A DNA stretch of 64,000 bases from Myxococcales bacterium (GCA_963578775.1 CAUZEG010000001.1:22041-86040), one strand, 5' to 3'. Positions 9,565 through 19,786 are shown, numbered from the stretch's first letter. Made by a program: numbers and translations. Notes: generated from the letters alone by a model not told the origin.

Positions 9565-10623
9565 TCATTCCACGACCCAGGTCTCCTTGCCGGTCACAAG
9601 ATTCTGGAGATCTCCAGTCCCTTTCTCCTCTTTGGCCTGCGTGACCTGGGATATCATTGTATCTTCGTATACCGGGTTGGACACACGGTGAAGAACGCCG
9701 ACCGGTACAGGAAAATCAGGAACATCAAAATCCGCCAACATATTGGAATAGGTCCGATTGCGGTGCGTCGGGTCATGGACGATGATATCGGACTCCGATA
9801 TGCCATTTTCTCCGATGGTAACCACTTCCGGGAGCCCGGCCGGGGTCATGCGAATACCCTTGTTTTTTTCTTTTCCGAAAATGAGCGGGGCCCCCTCGGT
9901 GAGGAGAAGTTGGTTATCAGCCTTTACATCCTTTTCCGTTACGTCGAAGAACGCACCGTCGTTGAAGATGTTGCAGTTCTGGAGAATCTCAATAAATGAG
10001 GTTCCCTTATGCTGGTAGGCTTCCATCAAGATCTTCGCCATATGCTTCGGATCCCGGTCAATAGTGCGGGCCACGAAGGTCGCATTGGCCCCAAGAGCCA
10101 AAGCAGTCGGCTTGATGGGCTGATCAATATTGCCCCAGGGCGATGATTTTGTGTTTTTGCCAACCTCACTGGTAGGGGAGAACTGTCCCTTTGTGAGGCC
10201 ATAAATCCGGTTGTTGAATAATAAGATGTTTACGTTCGGATTTCGTCGCAGGATATGGAGCAGGTGATTTCCGCCAATGGACAAGGCATCACCATCCCCC
10301 GTTACAAGCCAGACGCTCAACTCCGGATTGACCAACTTGATCCCCGTGGCAAAGGCGGGCGCACGACCGTGGATCGAATGAAAGCCGTAGGTGTTCATAT
10401 AGTACGGGAATCGCGACGAACAACCGATTCCAGACACAAATACGATCTTCTCTTTCGGGAGTCCCAGATCAGGCATCATCCTCTGGACGGCCGCCAGAAT
10501 GGCGTAATCTCCACAACCTGGACACCAGCGAACATCTTGATCACTGGAGAAGTCTTTTTTTGTTAATTTCGGGGCGGTGTTTCCGGCGTTTGGATCGGCA
10601 GCCATCGGAACACTCCTTTTCAC
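9565..10623 (-). CDS. korB: 2-oxoacid:ferredoxin oxidoreductase beta subunit (TPP-binding)
   Basis: WCPGCGD, GIGCSSR and TGDGD motifs. 4-bp overlap with korA. Confidence 0.88.
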   Translation of the reverse strand: MKRSVPMAADPNAGNTAPKLTKKDFSSDQDVRWCPGCGDYAILAAVQRMMPDLGLPKEKIVFVSGIGCSSRFPYYMNTYGFHSIHGRAPAFATGIKLVNPELSVWLVTGDGDALSIGGNHLLHILRRNPNVNILLFNNRIYGLTKGQFSPTSEVGKNTKSSPWGNIDQPIKPTALALGANATFVARTIDRDPKHMAKILMEAYQHKGTSFIEILQNCNIFNDGAFFDVTEKDVKADNQLLLTEGAPLIFGKEKNKGIRMTPAGLPEVVTIGENGISESDIIVHDPTHRNRTYSNMLADFDVPDFPVPVGVLHRVSNPVYEDTMISQVTQAKEEKGTGDLQNLVTGKETWVVE

Positions 10624-12470
10624 AGATATTTGTCGATTTCAGCGCGGATTTCGGAAACCTTGAATGGTAGGCCTCGAACGAGGTTGAAGCCGATTGCGTC
10701 GACGAGATATTCAGCTCGTATCATTTTACATAATTGTCCCATATTGATTTCTGGGATGAGAACGGTCTCAAATCTATTCAGAACATCTCCCAGATCTGCT
10801 GGGAAGGGATTGAGCCAGCGTAGATGACAATGGCCTACCGTGTGTCCGTCTGCCCGAGCGTGACGGACGGCTTCCCAGGTGGAGCCGTAGGTGGAGCCCC
10901 AGGTGAGGACCAGAAGCTTTCCTTTTTGGGCTCCATCGACCTCTGTTGGGGGGATGTCGTTACGGATGCGACTGACCTTACTCGCACGCAGACGTGTCAT
11001 CTTATCGTGATTCGTCGGATCATACGAAACGTTGCCCGTCAGATGTTCTTTTTCGAGCCCGCCCAGGCGGTGTTCGAGGTTCGGGGTTCCCGGGATCGCC
11101 CACGGCCGGGCTGCAGTGGCTGGATCTCGAAGATAGGGCTTAAAGCCCTTCGGGTCGGTCCGAAACTCCACTTCAATGGGCTCCAATTTGTCGACGTCGG
11201 GAACGAGCCATGGTTCGGCACCGTTAGCGACATAACCGTCCGATAAAAGCATGACCGGAATCATGTACTTCATCGCTATTCGCGAGGCTTCATAGGCCGC
11301 ATGAAATGCATCTCCTGGGCTGCGAATCGCTAAGACAGGTAGCGGTGAATCTCCGTTTCTACCATACATCGCCTGCAGCAGATCGGACTGCTCTGTTTTG
11401 GTGGGCAAACCTGTCGATGGCCCTCCGCGTTGGACGTTCACAATTACCGCAGGAAGTTCCGTCATAAGCGCAAGGCCGATGGCCTCGGCCTTCAAGGCGA
11501 CTCCTGGGCCACTTGTACTCGTAATTGCCAGGGCGCCCGTAAAGGCGGCACCGATGGTGGCGCACATGGCAGCAATTTCGTCTTCGGCCTGAAAGGTAAG
11601 TACACCGTAGTTACGCAACGCGGAAAGCGCATGAAGAATATCACTTGCCGGTGTAATCGGATACGATCCCTGGAACAGAGTTACACCGGCCTTTTGGGCC
11701 GCCGTCACAAAGCCAAGGGCCAGAGCGGTATTCCCAGTAATATTTCGATAAAGGCCGGGGGGTAGGTCGGCTTTGGGAATCATATATCGATTCTGGAAAA
11801 TCCCCGACACATCACCATAGATATGGCCGGCCTTCAGGGCGATAAGGTTCGCATCCATGATATCGGCCTTACGACCGAATTTTGCACGGATCCAGTCCTC
11901 GGTGGATTTCGGATTCCGGTCGAAGAGCCAGAACAGAACGCCCAGGGCATAGAAGTTCTTACATCGTCGCTTCTCACTGGTGCCCAGGGGGCTATCTGTC
12001 AGGGCCTTCTCAGTGAGATCCGTCAGGGGAATCTTGTAGAGGATGTAGTCATCCAGACTGCCATCCTCAAACGGATGGGTCTCATAGCCAGCCTTTTCGA
12101 TATCTCGCTTACCAAAGCCGTTTTCATTTACGATCAGGATGCCATCGGCCCGAAGCTCAGGTAGATTTTTCCGTAGGGCGGCGGCGTTCATCGCGACCAG
12201 GACATCGGGAGTATCTCCCGGCGTAAAGACTTCTTCGGAAGAAAACTGAATCTGAAATGCCGACACTCCGGGGAGGGTTCCGGCGGGAGCGCGGATCTCA
12301 GCGGGGAAGTCCGGCAGGGTGGACAAATCGTGTCCCGCAAGAGCAGAGTTTTGCGTGAACTGGGTTCCGGTAAGCTGTATACCGTCACCGGAATCGCCGG
12401 CAAATCGAATGGTAGCCTTTGTAAGGGCCGTATTCGTTACCGACTGACTAGCGGTAGCTGTGGATGTCAT
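10620..12470 (-). CDS. korA: 2-oxoacid:ferredoxin oxidoreductase alpha subunit
   Basis: 616 aa with GNTALALG...GSYPITPASD...TSTSGPG...RGGPSTGLPTKTEQSDL. Confidence 0.88.
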   Translation of the reverse strand: MTSTATASQSVTNTALTKATIRFAGDSGDGIQLTGTQFTQNSALAGHDLSTLPDFPAEIRAPAGTLPGVSAFQIQFSSEEVFTPGDTPDVLVAMNAAALRKNLPELRADGILIVNENGFGKRDIEKAGYETHPFEDGSLDDYILYKIPLTDLTEKALTDSPLGTSEKRRCKNFYALGVLFWLFDRNPKSTEDWIRAKFGRKADIMDANLIALKAGHIYGDVSGIFQNRYMIPKADLPPGLYRNITGNTALALGFVTAAQKAGVTLFQGSYPITPASDILHALSALRNYGVLTFQAEDEIAAMCATIGAAFTGALAITSTSGPGVALKAEAIGLALMTELPAVIVNVQRGGPSTGLPTKTEQSDLLQAMYGRNGDSPLPVLAIRSPGDAFHAAYEASRIAMKYMIPVMLLSDGYVANGAEPWLVPDVDKLEPIEVEFRTDPKGFKPYLRDPATAARPWAIPGTPNLEHRLGGLEKEHLTGNVSYDPTNHDKMTRLRASKVSRIRNDIPPTEVDGAQKGKLLVLTWGSTYGSTWEAVRHARADGHTVGHCHLRWLNPFPADLGDVLNRFETVLIPEINMGQLCKMIRAEYLVDAIGFNLVRGLPFKVSEIRAEIDKYL

Positions 12471-12515
12471 GGCTTTGAAACCAAATGAGAGTCGACGGTT
12501 CTCTAAACACGCAAC

Positions 12516-12536
12516 GAAAAAGTACGCCCTTGGGCG
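12516..12536 (-). terminator. Weak candidate intrinsic terminator after the deiminase-like gene
   Basis: Short GC hairpin (cgccc/gggcg) followed on the minus strand by TTTTT, in the 200-bp gap before korA. Confidence 0.3.
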
Positions 12537-12671
12537 TTGGGGCGACGATACTGCGATTTTTTACGGATGTCTAGACTAGCGACCTGTTTTTGCTTCGTAT
12601 TGTTGGGTTTTTTGACGTAAAAATGCATGCGGCCCGTTGTTAACTCTCTTTGTTGACCCCTATTCTGCGCC

Positions 12672-15050
12672 TCAGGAGAGCTGACGACAGTCTGCGGTCC
12701 GGCGACGTTTTTGACGGCATACGAAGAGCCCCAGGACCAGGATAAAGAGGGGCGAGATGGGCTGTGAATTGCCGTTTGGTGCGGCCGAGCATCCACCGGA
12801 TGACCCGGAACCATTACCCGGACCTGCATCTGCGGGCCCCGAACCATCACCACCGACGCTCTCGCAGGCGACACCGGTCAGGCAATCGAAATAGCCCGCC
12901 GCCTCTAACCAGCCGCAGCATTCGCTGCATTCTTGCTCGTGAAGGTTGTCATCGGATGTGCATACCCGGAGGGTATTCCCATTGCATTCTCCCGTCGTGG
13001 GGATCCCGTCACATGTATTCGGGTCCGCACCGCAGGCCAGCGGGAACTCGGGTGGGCCACTGCCCATCTGATCGCAATCGTAGCGATTGGCTTGATCATC
13101 CCAGCCGCAATTATCGGGTGTACCACAGTTTCGTTGTAGGAGAGTGCCGCCCTCACAGTACTTCACGAAGGGGCCCTCACAACAGCCTTGGTAGCTTATG
13201 CCGTCACAGCTGTCCTGCACAGGCACGCAGCTGGATAGCTGGCAGATCAGGCCGGCTCCGCACGTTCCACAGCTTCCGCCGCAACCATCATTGCCGCAGG
13301 TCTTTCCAGTACAATCGGGAACGCATTCTCCGGGACAGGCAATGGGGAATTCGGCTGGACCTTCTCCTGATTCCCCACAGTTGTAATAACCACCTTCCCA
13401 TCCACAAGTATTGTTACCGCAGTCCCATTCGACGATTTCGAAGTTTTCACAGAAGCGTACATTTCCCTCGTCGGTGCAACACCCCTGGTAGGTAAGACCC
13501 TGGCAGGGGTCCGGCTCGCAGCTGTTGGTGTCGCATTCCCATTTGGGGCCGTTACAACCTGTACTGACGTCACAGCTTCCGTCATACCCGGTGCCAGTGG
13601 TCGGAGAGCAGGTGCCTCCTGAACAGCTACCGGACGGTACCCAACGGGCCAGATTGCCTGCGGGTACGGTACGGCTGATACAGTGCATGGCCCCGCCCCA
13701 GGTGATGATCGTGTCCGATGGTATCTTCTGATGGTTCCACGAGGGCATAACCTCCTGCCAGATCTCCAGGGCCTCGTCTTCTAGATGCTCCTCGTCGTCA
13801 TAGGTCGGCCATAAATTGACCTGTCCGGTAGGTCCTTTGACGAAAGTAGAGTTGATATAGGTCCGCCAAACGCCCCGATTTACGCATGAGTGGCCGCTGG
13901 GGCAGTCGGTGTTATCAGTACAGAAATCGTCCATACTCCACCCTTCCTCGTCCACACAGCCTTTATTGGAAGGCATGGGCATTCGGATAACGGTCGGTGA
14001 TGTGCCGTCCGGGAGCACCACTTGCGAAAGGACCTGGGCGTTATCATCCAGGGTTTGCTTATTGCCGGCATCCTGGGCGTTTGTGTATTCCCCCAGGACG
14101 ATAGTGTTGTCATCAACAAGCTTAAAGAACATGTCGATGTGGGTGGTTCCCTCCTGCTGGAGTGGGCTGATGATCACGGTCTGGCTACAGCCTACGTAAT
14201 CGCTCATAAGCTGTTTGATTTCTGGTTCGCCCAGAGGGTTGCCCCACAAAATCCCCTGCGTTGTATAGCAGGTTCCCTGGCTATCCATCTGGAGGTTGCC
14301 TCCCTCAAATCCGAGGGGCACTCGGAAGGTGTCAATGCCTAGAGTTTCGTGACCGAAACGTGTTGGGATTGCGTCGTCGATCAACCGGTTCGGGTAATAC
14401 CGGAAGTCAACAAAAGCGATGTCGTTGGACGAGTTCTTTATGGGGAATGGTCCGTAGTCGATGACCCAGATCGTTTCGTAAGGCATTTGAATCCAGTGGA
14501 CCTTCGAGAAATCGCTGTTGGTCATGCCGAGGTCGGTCAGTCGGCTGATGATATTATTCTTATGGTTCTGGCTATCAAAGATCAGGTAGGCGTCCACGCC
14601 GGCTTCATGGGTCGAACTATAGATCATCTGTGCGAGTCCCTGATCAACCTGATTGGGGAGCCCGGTACCGGAGATCGTCAATAAGAGGATCTGCATGATC
14701 TCCCATTCCACCATGCCACTGATATTGGGTTCGACGGTTTTGGTTGGGATTGTAATGGCGTAGAATTCCGGATTCGCAGTCATCGGAGTGTGGCCATCCG
14801 CTTTTCCTGCGATTTTCTCTCCGGGGAGTGGAAAGGCCGGTAGCATGTCCGGAAATTCTCGCGCCGTATGCGGAATATATCCATCGTATCCGCGGAACTG
14901 CGGAGGTATCTCTGCCGGGCTGGCGGGTATGTTCGTGATGGTATGTTGCATGCCATCTGGATCCGGAGACTGGGTACAGCTCAGGGCCAGCAGCAGAGTC
15001 CAGACGAGTACGATGCACCTGCGATACGATCCGATCATGTTCATTTCCAT
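12672..15050 (-). CDS. Secreted/lipo-anchored agmatine-deiminase/Porphyromonas-type peptidylarginine-deiminase-like enzyme with three Cys-rich repeats and a MYXO-CTERM-like tail
   Basis: Signal peptide with lipobox (LALSC); GGNLQMD, HIDMFFKL and WGGAMHCIS catalytic-Cys motifs; three repeats of about 55 aa of the form YQGCC...CGW...EFP.AC; C-terminal GSGSSGGCSAAP + hydrophobic stretch + CRQKRRR. Confidence 0.7.
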   Translation of the reverse strand: MEMNMIGSYRRCIVLVWTLLLALSCTQSPDPDGMQHTITNIPASPAEIPPQFRGYDGYIPHTAREFPDMLPAFPLPGEKIAGKADGHTPMTANPEFYAITIPTKTVEPNISGMVEWEIMQILLLTISGTGLPNQVDQGLAQMIYSSTHEAGVDAYLIFDSQNHKNNIISRLTDLGMTNSDFSKVHWIQMPYETIWVIDYGPFPIKNSSNDIAFVDFRYYPNRLIDDAIPTRFGHETLGIDTFRVPLGFEGGNLQMDSQGTCYTTQGILWGNPLGEPEIKQLMSDYVGCSQTVIISPLQQEGTTHIDMFFKLVDDNTIVLGEYTNAQDAGNKQTLDDNAQVLSQVVLPDGTSPTVIRMPMPSNKGCVDEEGWSMDDFCTDNTDCPSGHSCVNRGVWRTYINSTFVKGPTGQVNLWPTYDDEEHLEDEALEIWQEVMPSWNHQKIPSDTIITWGGAMHCISRTVPAGNLARWVPSGSCSGGTCSPTTGTGYDGSCDVSTGCNGPKWECDTNSCEPDPCQGLTYQGCCTDEGNVRFCENFEIVEWDCGNNTCGWEGGYYNCGESGEGPAEFPIACPGECVPDCTGKTCGNDGCGGSCGTCGAGLICQLSSCVPVQDSCDGISYQGCCEGPFVKYCEGGTLLQRNCGTPDNCGWDDQANRYDCDQMGSGPPEFPLACGADPNTCDGIPTTGECNGNTLRVCTSDDNLHEQECSECCGWLEAAGYFDCLTGVACESVGGDGSGPADAGPGNGSGSSGGCSAAPNGNSQPISPLFILVLGLFVCRQKRRRTADCRQLS

Positions 15051-15192
15051 CTGATGAAGATGAGGGTGGTAAATGATGACCTGCGGCCGAGTGTTCCCCG
15101 GTTCCGGGCATCTTTTCCGGGTATGGTCGGAGCATAATACAGAAACAGGAAGACCACGTCACGGGGTAGAGGACGTTTTTCTTGTTAAATCA

Positions 15193-15906
15193 CTATCCAG
15201 TTGTGGTCTTCAGAAAGAGATCCAGCAGACTCGTCCCCGACGATCGTGCTTGTTGGATCTCATGATGGGTCCAGCTATTTCGAATGGACCCAGCATGCAG
15301 CAACATGACTTTCTGGGGCAGATGTTCGGCAAGGCCCATATCATGGGTCACGATGATGGTTGCACATCCCTCACGGCTCAGATCGTCTAACAGGTCTTTT
15401 GCGCGTAGCAGAACGGCTGGATCGAGAGCGGAAAGAGCTTCATCCAGGAGAAGGAGGCGTGGTCGGATTCCTTCGACCAGGGCAAATAATGCCCGCCGAA
15501 CCTCCCCGGGAGATGCCAATCGAAGGGGACGATCGGTCTTCGACTCAAGTCCCCACGCTGTAAGCAATGCTCGTGCTGTATCCTCCGGCGCATCATCGCT
15601 CTTCCAGGCCCGTAAGCCCAGGCAGACCAGCTCCAGAAGAGACAAGTAGGGAGGCAGATCGGGCTCCTGGGCGATTCGCAGACAAGGGGGATGACCATTG
15701 GCTGGACCGAATTCCACATGCCCCGTATTTGCCTGCAGTTCACCGACCAGGACTTTAAGAAGGGTCGACTTCCCGGCGCCGTTTGGTCCGACGAGACCGA
15801 CGACTTCTCCCGCATCAACGCGGAGATTCAACGCGCTCAATACCTCGAGTGAGCCATATCCAGCCGTCAGGTTCTCGACCGTAAGAGACGCTTGTTGTTC
15901 GGACAT
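15193..15906 (-). CDS. ABC transporter ATP-binding protein
   Basis: Walker A GPNGAGKST and signature/Walker B LLLLDEALSALD. Start taken at the internal MVMSEQ Met, overlapping the upstream permease stop. Confidence 0.8.
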   Translation of the reverse strand: MSEQQASLTVENLTAGYGSLEVLSALNLRVDAGEVVGLVGPNGAGKSTLLKVLVGELQANTGHVEFGPANGHPPCLRIAQEPDLPPYLSLLELVCLGLRAWKSDDAPEDTARALLTAWGLESKTDRPLRLASPGEVRRALFALVEGIRPRLLLLDEALSALDPAVLLRAKDLLDDLSREGCATIIVTHDMGLAEHLPQKVMLLHAGSIRNSWTHHEIQQARSSGTSLLDLFLKTTTG

Positions 15907-17234
15907 TACCATAGGGGGTGGCCTCCCCACCTGACGGTCAATATAACCAGCCCTGCGAGCAATGCAATGCGCACTCGAATCCACGATTCGGCGAAGAGAC
16001 GCGGTCCTATATGGCCGCCAAGAATACTAGCCAACCCAAAGACACCCCCCGCCAGGGCTGCCACGGCCCAGCTACTTTGATTCCATAGACAACCGGCGCA
16101 TAGAGCGGCTCCAATGAGAATCTGAATGAGCAAGGCGGGCCCGTTGAGCCGTCCGGAACCCAATGCCGCGGGAACCGGATTAGAGCTCGTGGCAGACGGC
16201 ATCAGATAGTGGCTCAGTTGCGAGGTTACCAGTCGTTGTCGGATCCACATGGCTGGGATGTCTAAAACGAGACCGAAGATAATCGCCCCAAAGACCAGCT
16301 TCCATTGATGCTCGGGTGCTGCTGCAACCAACCAGACCCCGAGGATCCCACATAGGACCGGTAGGAGTGGGGCTTGTCGTAGCGCCTGCACACGCACTGC
16401 GAGCCAGGGATAGCTGTATCCACCGCTCTGGGTTATCGATCGACTAGCTTCCTGGTATGGCGTCGCGAGAAGGAGGCCCTGACGGTCCAGGAAGTGGAGT
16501 CGAGGTGCTGCTGCGAGCAGATTGCCAACGCCCTTTTTGTCGAACCATACCAAGGCCGCGATAGCACTTGCTACTCCCGTCGCTACGACCACAATCAAGG
16601 GTACGATATTTCCCGTCTCCGACCAGATACGGTGGGAGAAATAGCAGATAAGGGCGTAGCTACCGAGAATACCGTAGAGTACCGCCAGGCCATATATCGC
16701 CGGCGCGACGTCGGCCGGTAAAATGTCGCGTCCCAGCATCCGGCCGACTTTTGATTGCGAGCCGGTCGTGGCCAGGGATCGGCAGAGCCAGCCAAGGCCC
16801 GCTCCGAAGATGGGTAAGCCGATCAGGAGCGGTAATGAGATAATGAATAACGGAGCCGCCGCTTCCGTGGTACGCGGATTGGCCATCAGGCATGTACCGG
16901 TGGTGGCCGCTACCAGAATCAGGAGTGCTATACATTGATGGTGGCGATACGCCTGGCGAACGGGAGAAGCCGGGGCCGGAATGGAGGCAACGGTTCTCAA
17001 GATGATATTTCGGAGAAAAAAATCGTAGGCAAAAAGGCCTTCGATGATGAGCGCGATCAGTACCAGGAGTAGCTGGTCATCTCGGGATAAGCCGGGGCCT
17101 GCATGACCAAGAAGTAGTCCCGCGGCGATCACAAGTGCGGAGCCGGAGAGTGCCAGCAAGGGCGTTCGCCGATAGGCATATTGACCGAGTACTGGCCAGG
17201 AATTGGTTTTACTGGAGGTGATATGCGTCTCCAT
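15906..17234 (-). CDS. Polytopic membrane protein, putative ABC-type permease partner
   Basis: 442 aa, highly hydrophobic with at least 10 predicted helices, immediately upstream of the ATPase. Confidence 0.55.
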   Translation of the reverse strand: METHITSSKTNSWPVLGQYAYRRTPLLALSGSALVIAAGLLLGHAGPGLSRDDQLLLVLIALIIEGLFAYDFFLRNIILRTVASIPAPASPVRQAYRHHQCIALLILVAATTGTCLMANPRTTEAAAPLFIISLPLLIGLPIFGAGLGWLCRSLATTGSQSKVGRMLGRDILPADVAPAIYGLAVLYGILGSYALICYFSHRIWSETGNIVPLIVVVATGVASAIAALVWFDKKGVGNLLAAAPRLHFLDRQGLLLATPYQEASRSITQSGGYSYPWLAVRVQALRQAPLLPVLCGILGVWLVAAAPEHQWKLVFGAIIFGLVLDIPAMWIRQRLVTSQLSHYLMPSATSSNPVPAALGSGRLNGPALLIQILIGAALCAGCLWNQSSWAVAALAGGVFGLASILGGHIGPRLFAESWIRVRIALLAGLVILTVRWGGHPLW

Positions 17235-17252
17235 TAAACCCGACGAGGAAAC

Positions 17253-18536
17253 TCATCGTAGGATGTTCTCGGTTCGGCCCGGTCCGACCGAAATCATGCG
17301 GATCGACGTTTCTGTTTCCTGCTCAATACATAGGAGCAGATTTTGTGCGTTCTCGGGAAGGGCACCGAATTCCCGGATTCCGGAGATGTCCTCAGAGAAC
17401 CCTGGGAAGTCGCGAAAAATGGGCTTCACGGCAGCCAGATCGTCGCGCCACGGCGCTATGATCGAAGTGCGGTTACCATCGACCTCATATCCAACACAGA
17501 CACGGATCGGGTCCACGCCCTGTAATACATCCAGTTTGGTGATGGCCAATTCTGTGAACCCGTTTGTGGTACAGACGTATCGTAATAATGGAAGGTCGAG
17601 CCAACCGCATCGTCGTGGTCGACCGGTCGTCGACCCATACTCGCGGCCCACTTCACGAAGGTGATCCAGGACGGGACCATCGAGGAGTTCGGTGGGGAAG
17701 GGCCCCTCTCCAACACGTGTTTGATAGGCCTTAACGATGCCAACTGACCGGGAAATAGTATGCGGTGGAACACCGGCCCCGGACGCGATCTCGGTCAGTC
17801 CGGTATGGCTGCTCGTGACGTAGGGTAATGTGCCATAGGTCCGGTCCAGAAGGCAGCCCTGGGCTCCTTCGAAGAGAATTGCCTGCCCCTTCTTAATCGC
17901 GTCGCAAAGCTGTAGTGACACATCGTGAATAAGTGGGGCCAACATATCCGCAGTCGGCCACACCCGTTCGACAATCTCTTCTGTGCTGAATGTGTCCGCT
18001 TCCAGCGCCCGAAGTTCCCGATTTCGCCGCGGCAGGACCCGGTCCACAGCACGGCTGAAATCGTCCTTGGAGCGTAGGGACTGCACCAGGGCCGAGATCC
18101 GGCCCATACGATCTTCGTACGCGGGACCGATGCCGCGTTTTGTGGTCCCAATCTTTTTATCACCGGCCTCTAGCTCCCGGGCAGCATCAAGTGCTCGGTG
18201 GACCGGGAGGATCAAAGTGGCGTTACCGGCCAGACGAAGCCGTTCGGTGGCCGGAATACCCCGGGCATGCAAGCCCTCGAGTTCCTCCACAAGTATAATC
18301 GGGTCGATTACGCAGCCAGGACCGATAGCGCAGATTTTATCGCCGTGGAGAATGCCGCTTGGAATATGGTGCAGGATGGTCTTTTCACCGTCGACAACCA
18401 GGGTATGCCCGGCGTTATTTCCACCCTGGAATCGAACCACCCAATCGTAGTCTGGGGCTAATGCGTCGACGATCTTCCCTTTCCCTTCGTCACCGAATTG
18501 GGCTCCGACTACCGCTGCTGTGTTTCGTATACTCAT
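17253..18536 (-). CDS. purA: Adenylosuccinate synthetase
   Basis: QFGDEGKGKIVD, GGNNAGHT and LHHIPSG motifs. Confidence 0.92.
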   Translation of the reverse strand: MSIRNTAAVVGAQFGDEGKGKIVDALAPDYDWVVRFQGGNNAGHTLVVDGEKTILHHIPSGILHGDKICAIGPGCVIDPIILVEELEGLHARGIPATERLRLAGNATLILPVHRALDAARELEAGDKKIGTTKRGIGPAYEDRMGRISALVQSLRSKDDFSRAVDRVLPRRNRELRALEADTFSTEEIVERVWPTADMLAPLIHDVSLQLCDAIKKGQAILFEGAQGCLLDRTYGTLPYVTSSHTGLTEIASGAGVPPHTISRSVGIVKAYQTRVGEGPFPTELLDGPVLDHLREVGREYGSTTGRPRRCGWLDLPLLRYVCTTNGFTELAITKLDVLQGVDPIRVCVGYEVDGNRTSIIAPWRDDLAAVKPIFRDFPGFSEDISGIREFGALPENAQNLLLCIEQETETSIRMISVGPGRTENILR

Positions 18537-19786
18537 CGCTGTGCTCCAAGGGACTGAATGTCCGAAATCAACGCATCCATATCGCCCGTTCGTTCGTTTT
18601 TCTCCGACTCGGCGGTCAAGGTCCAGTGAAGACCCGCGTCAGACACCTCTACAAGCGGGAACGTCTTCACCGTGAATGGTTCGGGCCATACGGCGGCAGA
18701 GAACCCGGCGTCTCGCAGGCTCCGTAGAACGGGTTCGACGCCAGCCCTGCTTCCCTTGACGTAGATTACGGGTCGATTGGTTTGCCCGGCACCACAACAG
18801 TCGGCAAGGGCATGAAGGTCAATTGCAAAACCAGCGGCCGGAAGGTCCAGGTTGAAGCGGGTCAGGAATCCGTCGTAACGTCCACCGGCCAGAATGGCCT
18901 GCCCCGAGCCGGGCGCGAAGGCCTCGAATACGACACCTGAATAGTAGGAACGGTCGCGGATTTCGGTGAAATCCAGGCGAATCATTTCTGGGGCGCAATT
19001 GGAGTGCAGTATATTGAGCCGTTGGCCGAAGTCTTCAAGAGCCGACTGTACTGGTTGGGGCCAGTCGAGCTGTAGCCAGGCCGGGAAGTCGGACGAGATA
19101 CCACTGAGCATGGGAAGCCGCGCTGCTAGTCGAATGTCTCCGCCGTGTTCTTCGACCATTTTGACCACATCATCAAATGCTTTACGGCCCAGGGCATCGA
19201 CCACCGGTTCGCGTTGCGCAGGTTCCGTCAGGCCGATTGCAGAGAGGAGAGCGTTGAGGACGGCGTTGTCTCCCACGGTGAGGATCGCATCTTCCAGGCC
19301 CAGCGCTGATAAACATTGCAGCGCAAGCTGTAGCATTTCGACATCGGCCTCCGGGCCGGTCCAACCGATCAGCTCGATTCCAGTGTGGGTTCGCTCTCGG
19401 CTCGCCAAGGCGTTTCCTCCGGTAACTCGATAAACGGGACCCGAATAGGATATCCGTACCGGTCCTTCTGCCGGTTTATGCATGGCGAGGTGTCGACCCA
19501 CCTGTGGGGTCAGATCGGGCCGCAGAATCAGTGGGTGGCCTGTCTCTGGGTCCACAAGATGGAATAGTTGCGCACGGCGGTCCCCGCGAAGAGCCGTGGC
19601 GAGTGCATCGTATCTCTCAATCAACGGTGTGCGGATCAGTCGATATCCATGTTGGCGGAACTCGTGCAGGAGGAGTTGCTCGGTGTCGGCCATCCATTCG
19701 GCGAGATCAGCCGGGTAATCACGGACACCCAGAGGGAGCAGCGCGTGACCGGAATGGGGGGAGAATGTATCTACGTCTGCTTGCAT
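18533..19786 (-). CDS. hisZ: ATP phosphoribosyltransferase regulatory subunit (HisRS-like)
   Basis: Class-II aaRS-like core without an anticodon-binding region; the hisZ-purA pairing is conserved; 4-bp overlap with purA. Confidence 0.7.
   Translation of the reverse strand: MQADVDTFSPHSGHALLPLGVRDYPADLAEWMADTEQLLLHEFRQHGYRLIRTPLIERYDALATALRGDRRAQLFHLVDPETGHPLILRPDLTPQVGRHLAMHKPAEGPVRISYSGPVYRVTGGNALASRERTHTGIELIGWTGPEADVEMLQLALQCLSALGLEDAILTVGDNAVLNALLSAIGLTEPAQREPVVDALGRKAFDDVVKMVEEHGGDIRLAARLPMLSGISSDFPAWLQLDWPQPVQSALEDFGQRLNILHSNCAPEMIRLDFTEIRDRSYYSGVVFEAFAPGSGQAILAGGRYDGFLTRFNLDLPAAGFAIDLHALADCCGAGQTNRPVIYVKGSRAGVEPVLRSLRDAGFSAAVWPEPFTVKTFPLVEVSDAGLHWTLTAESEKNERTGDMDALISDIQSLGAQR

Noticed and set aside
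12764-13495. 243-aa plus-strand Arg/His-rich ORF inside the deiminase-like gene
   Set aside because: It is antisense to a gene with clear catalytic motifs, and its low-complexity basic composition is a GC-skew artefact.
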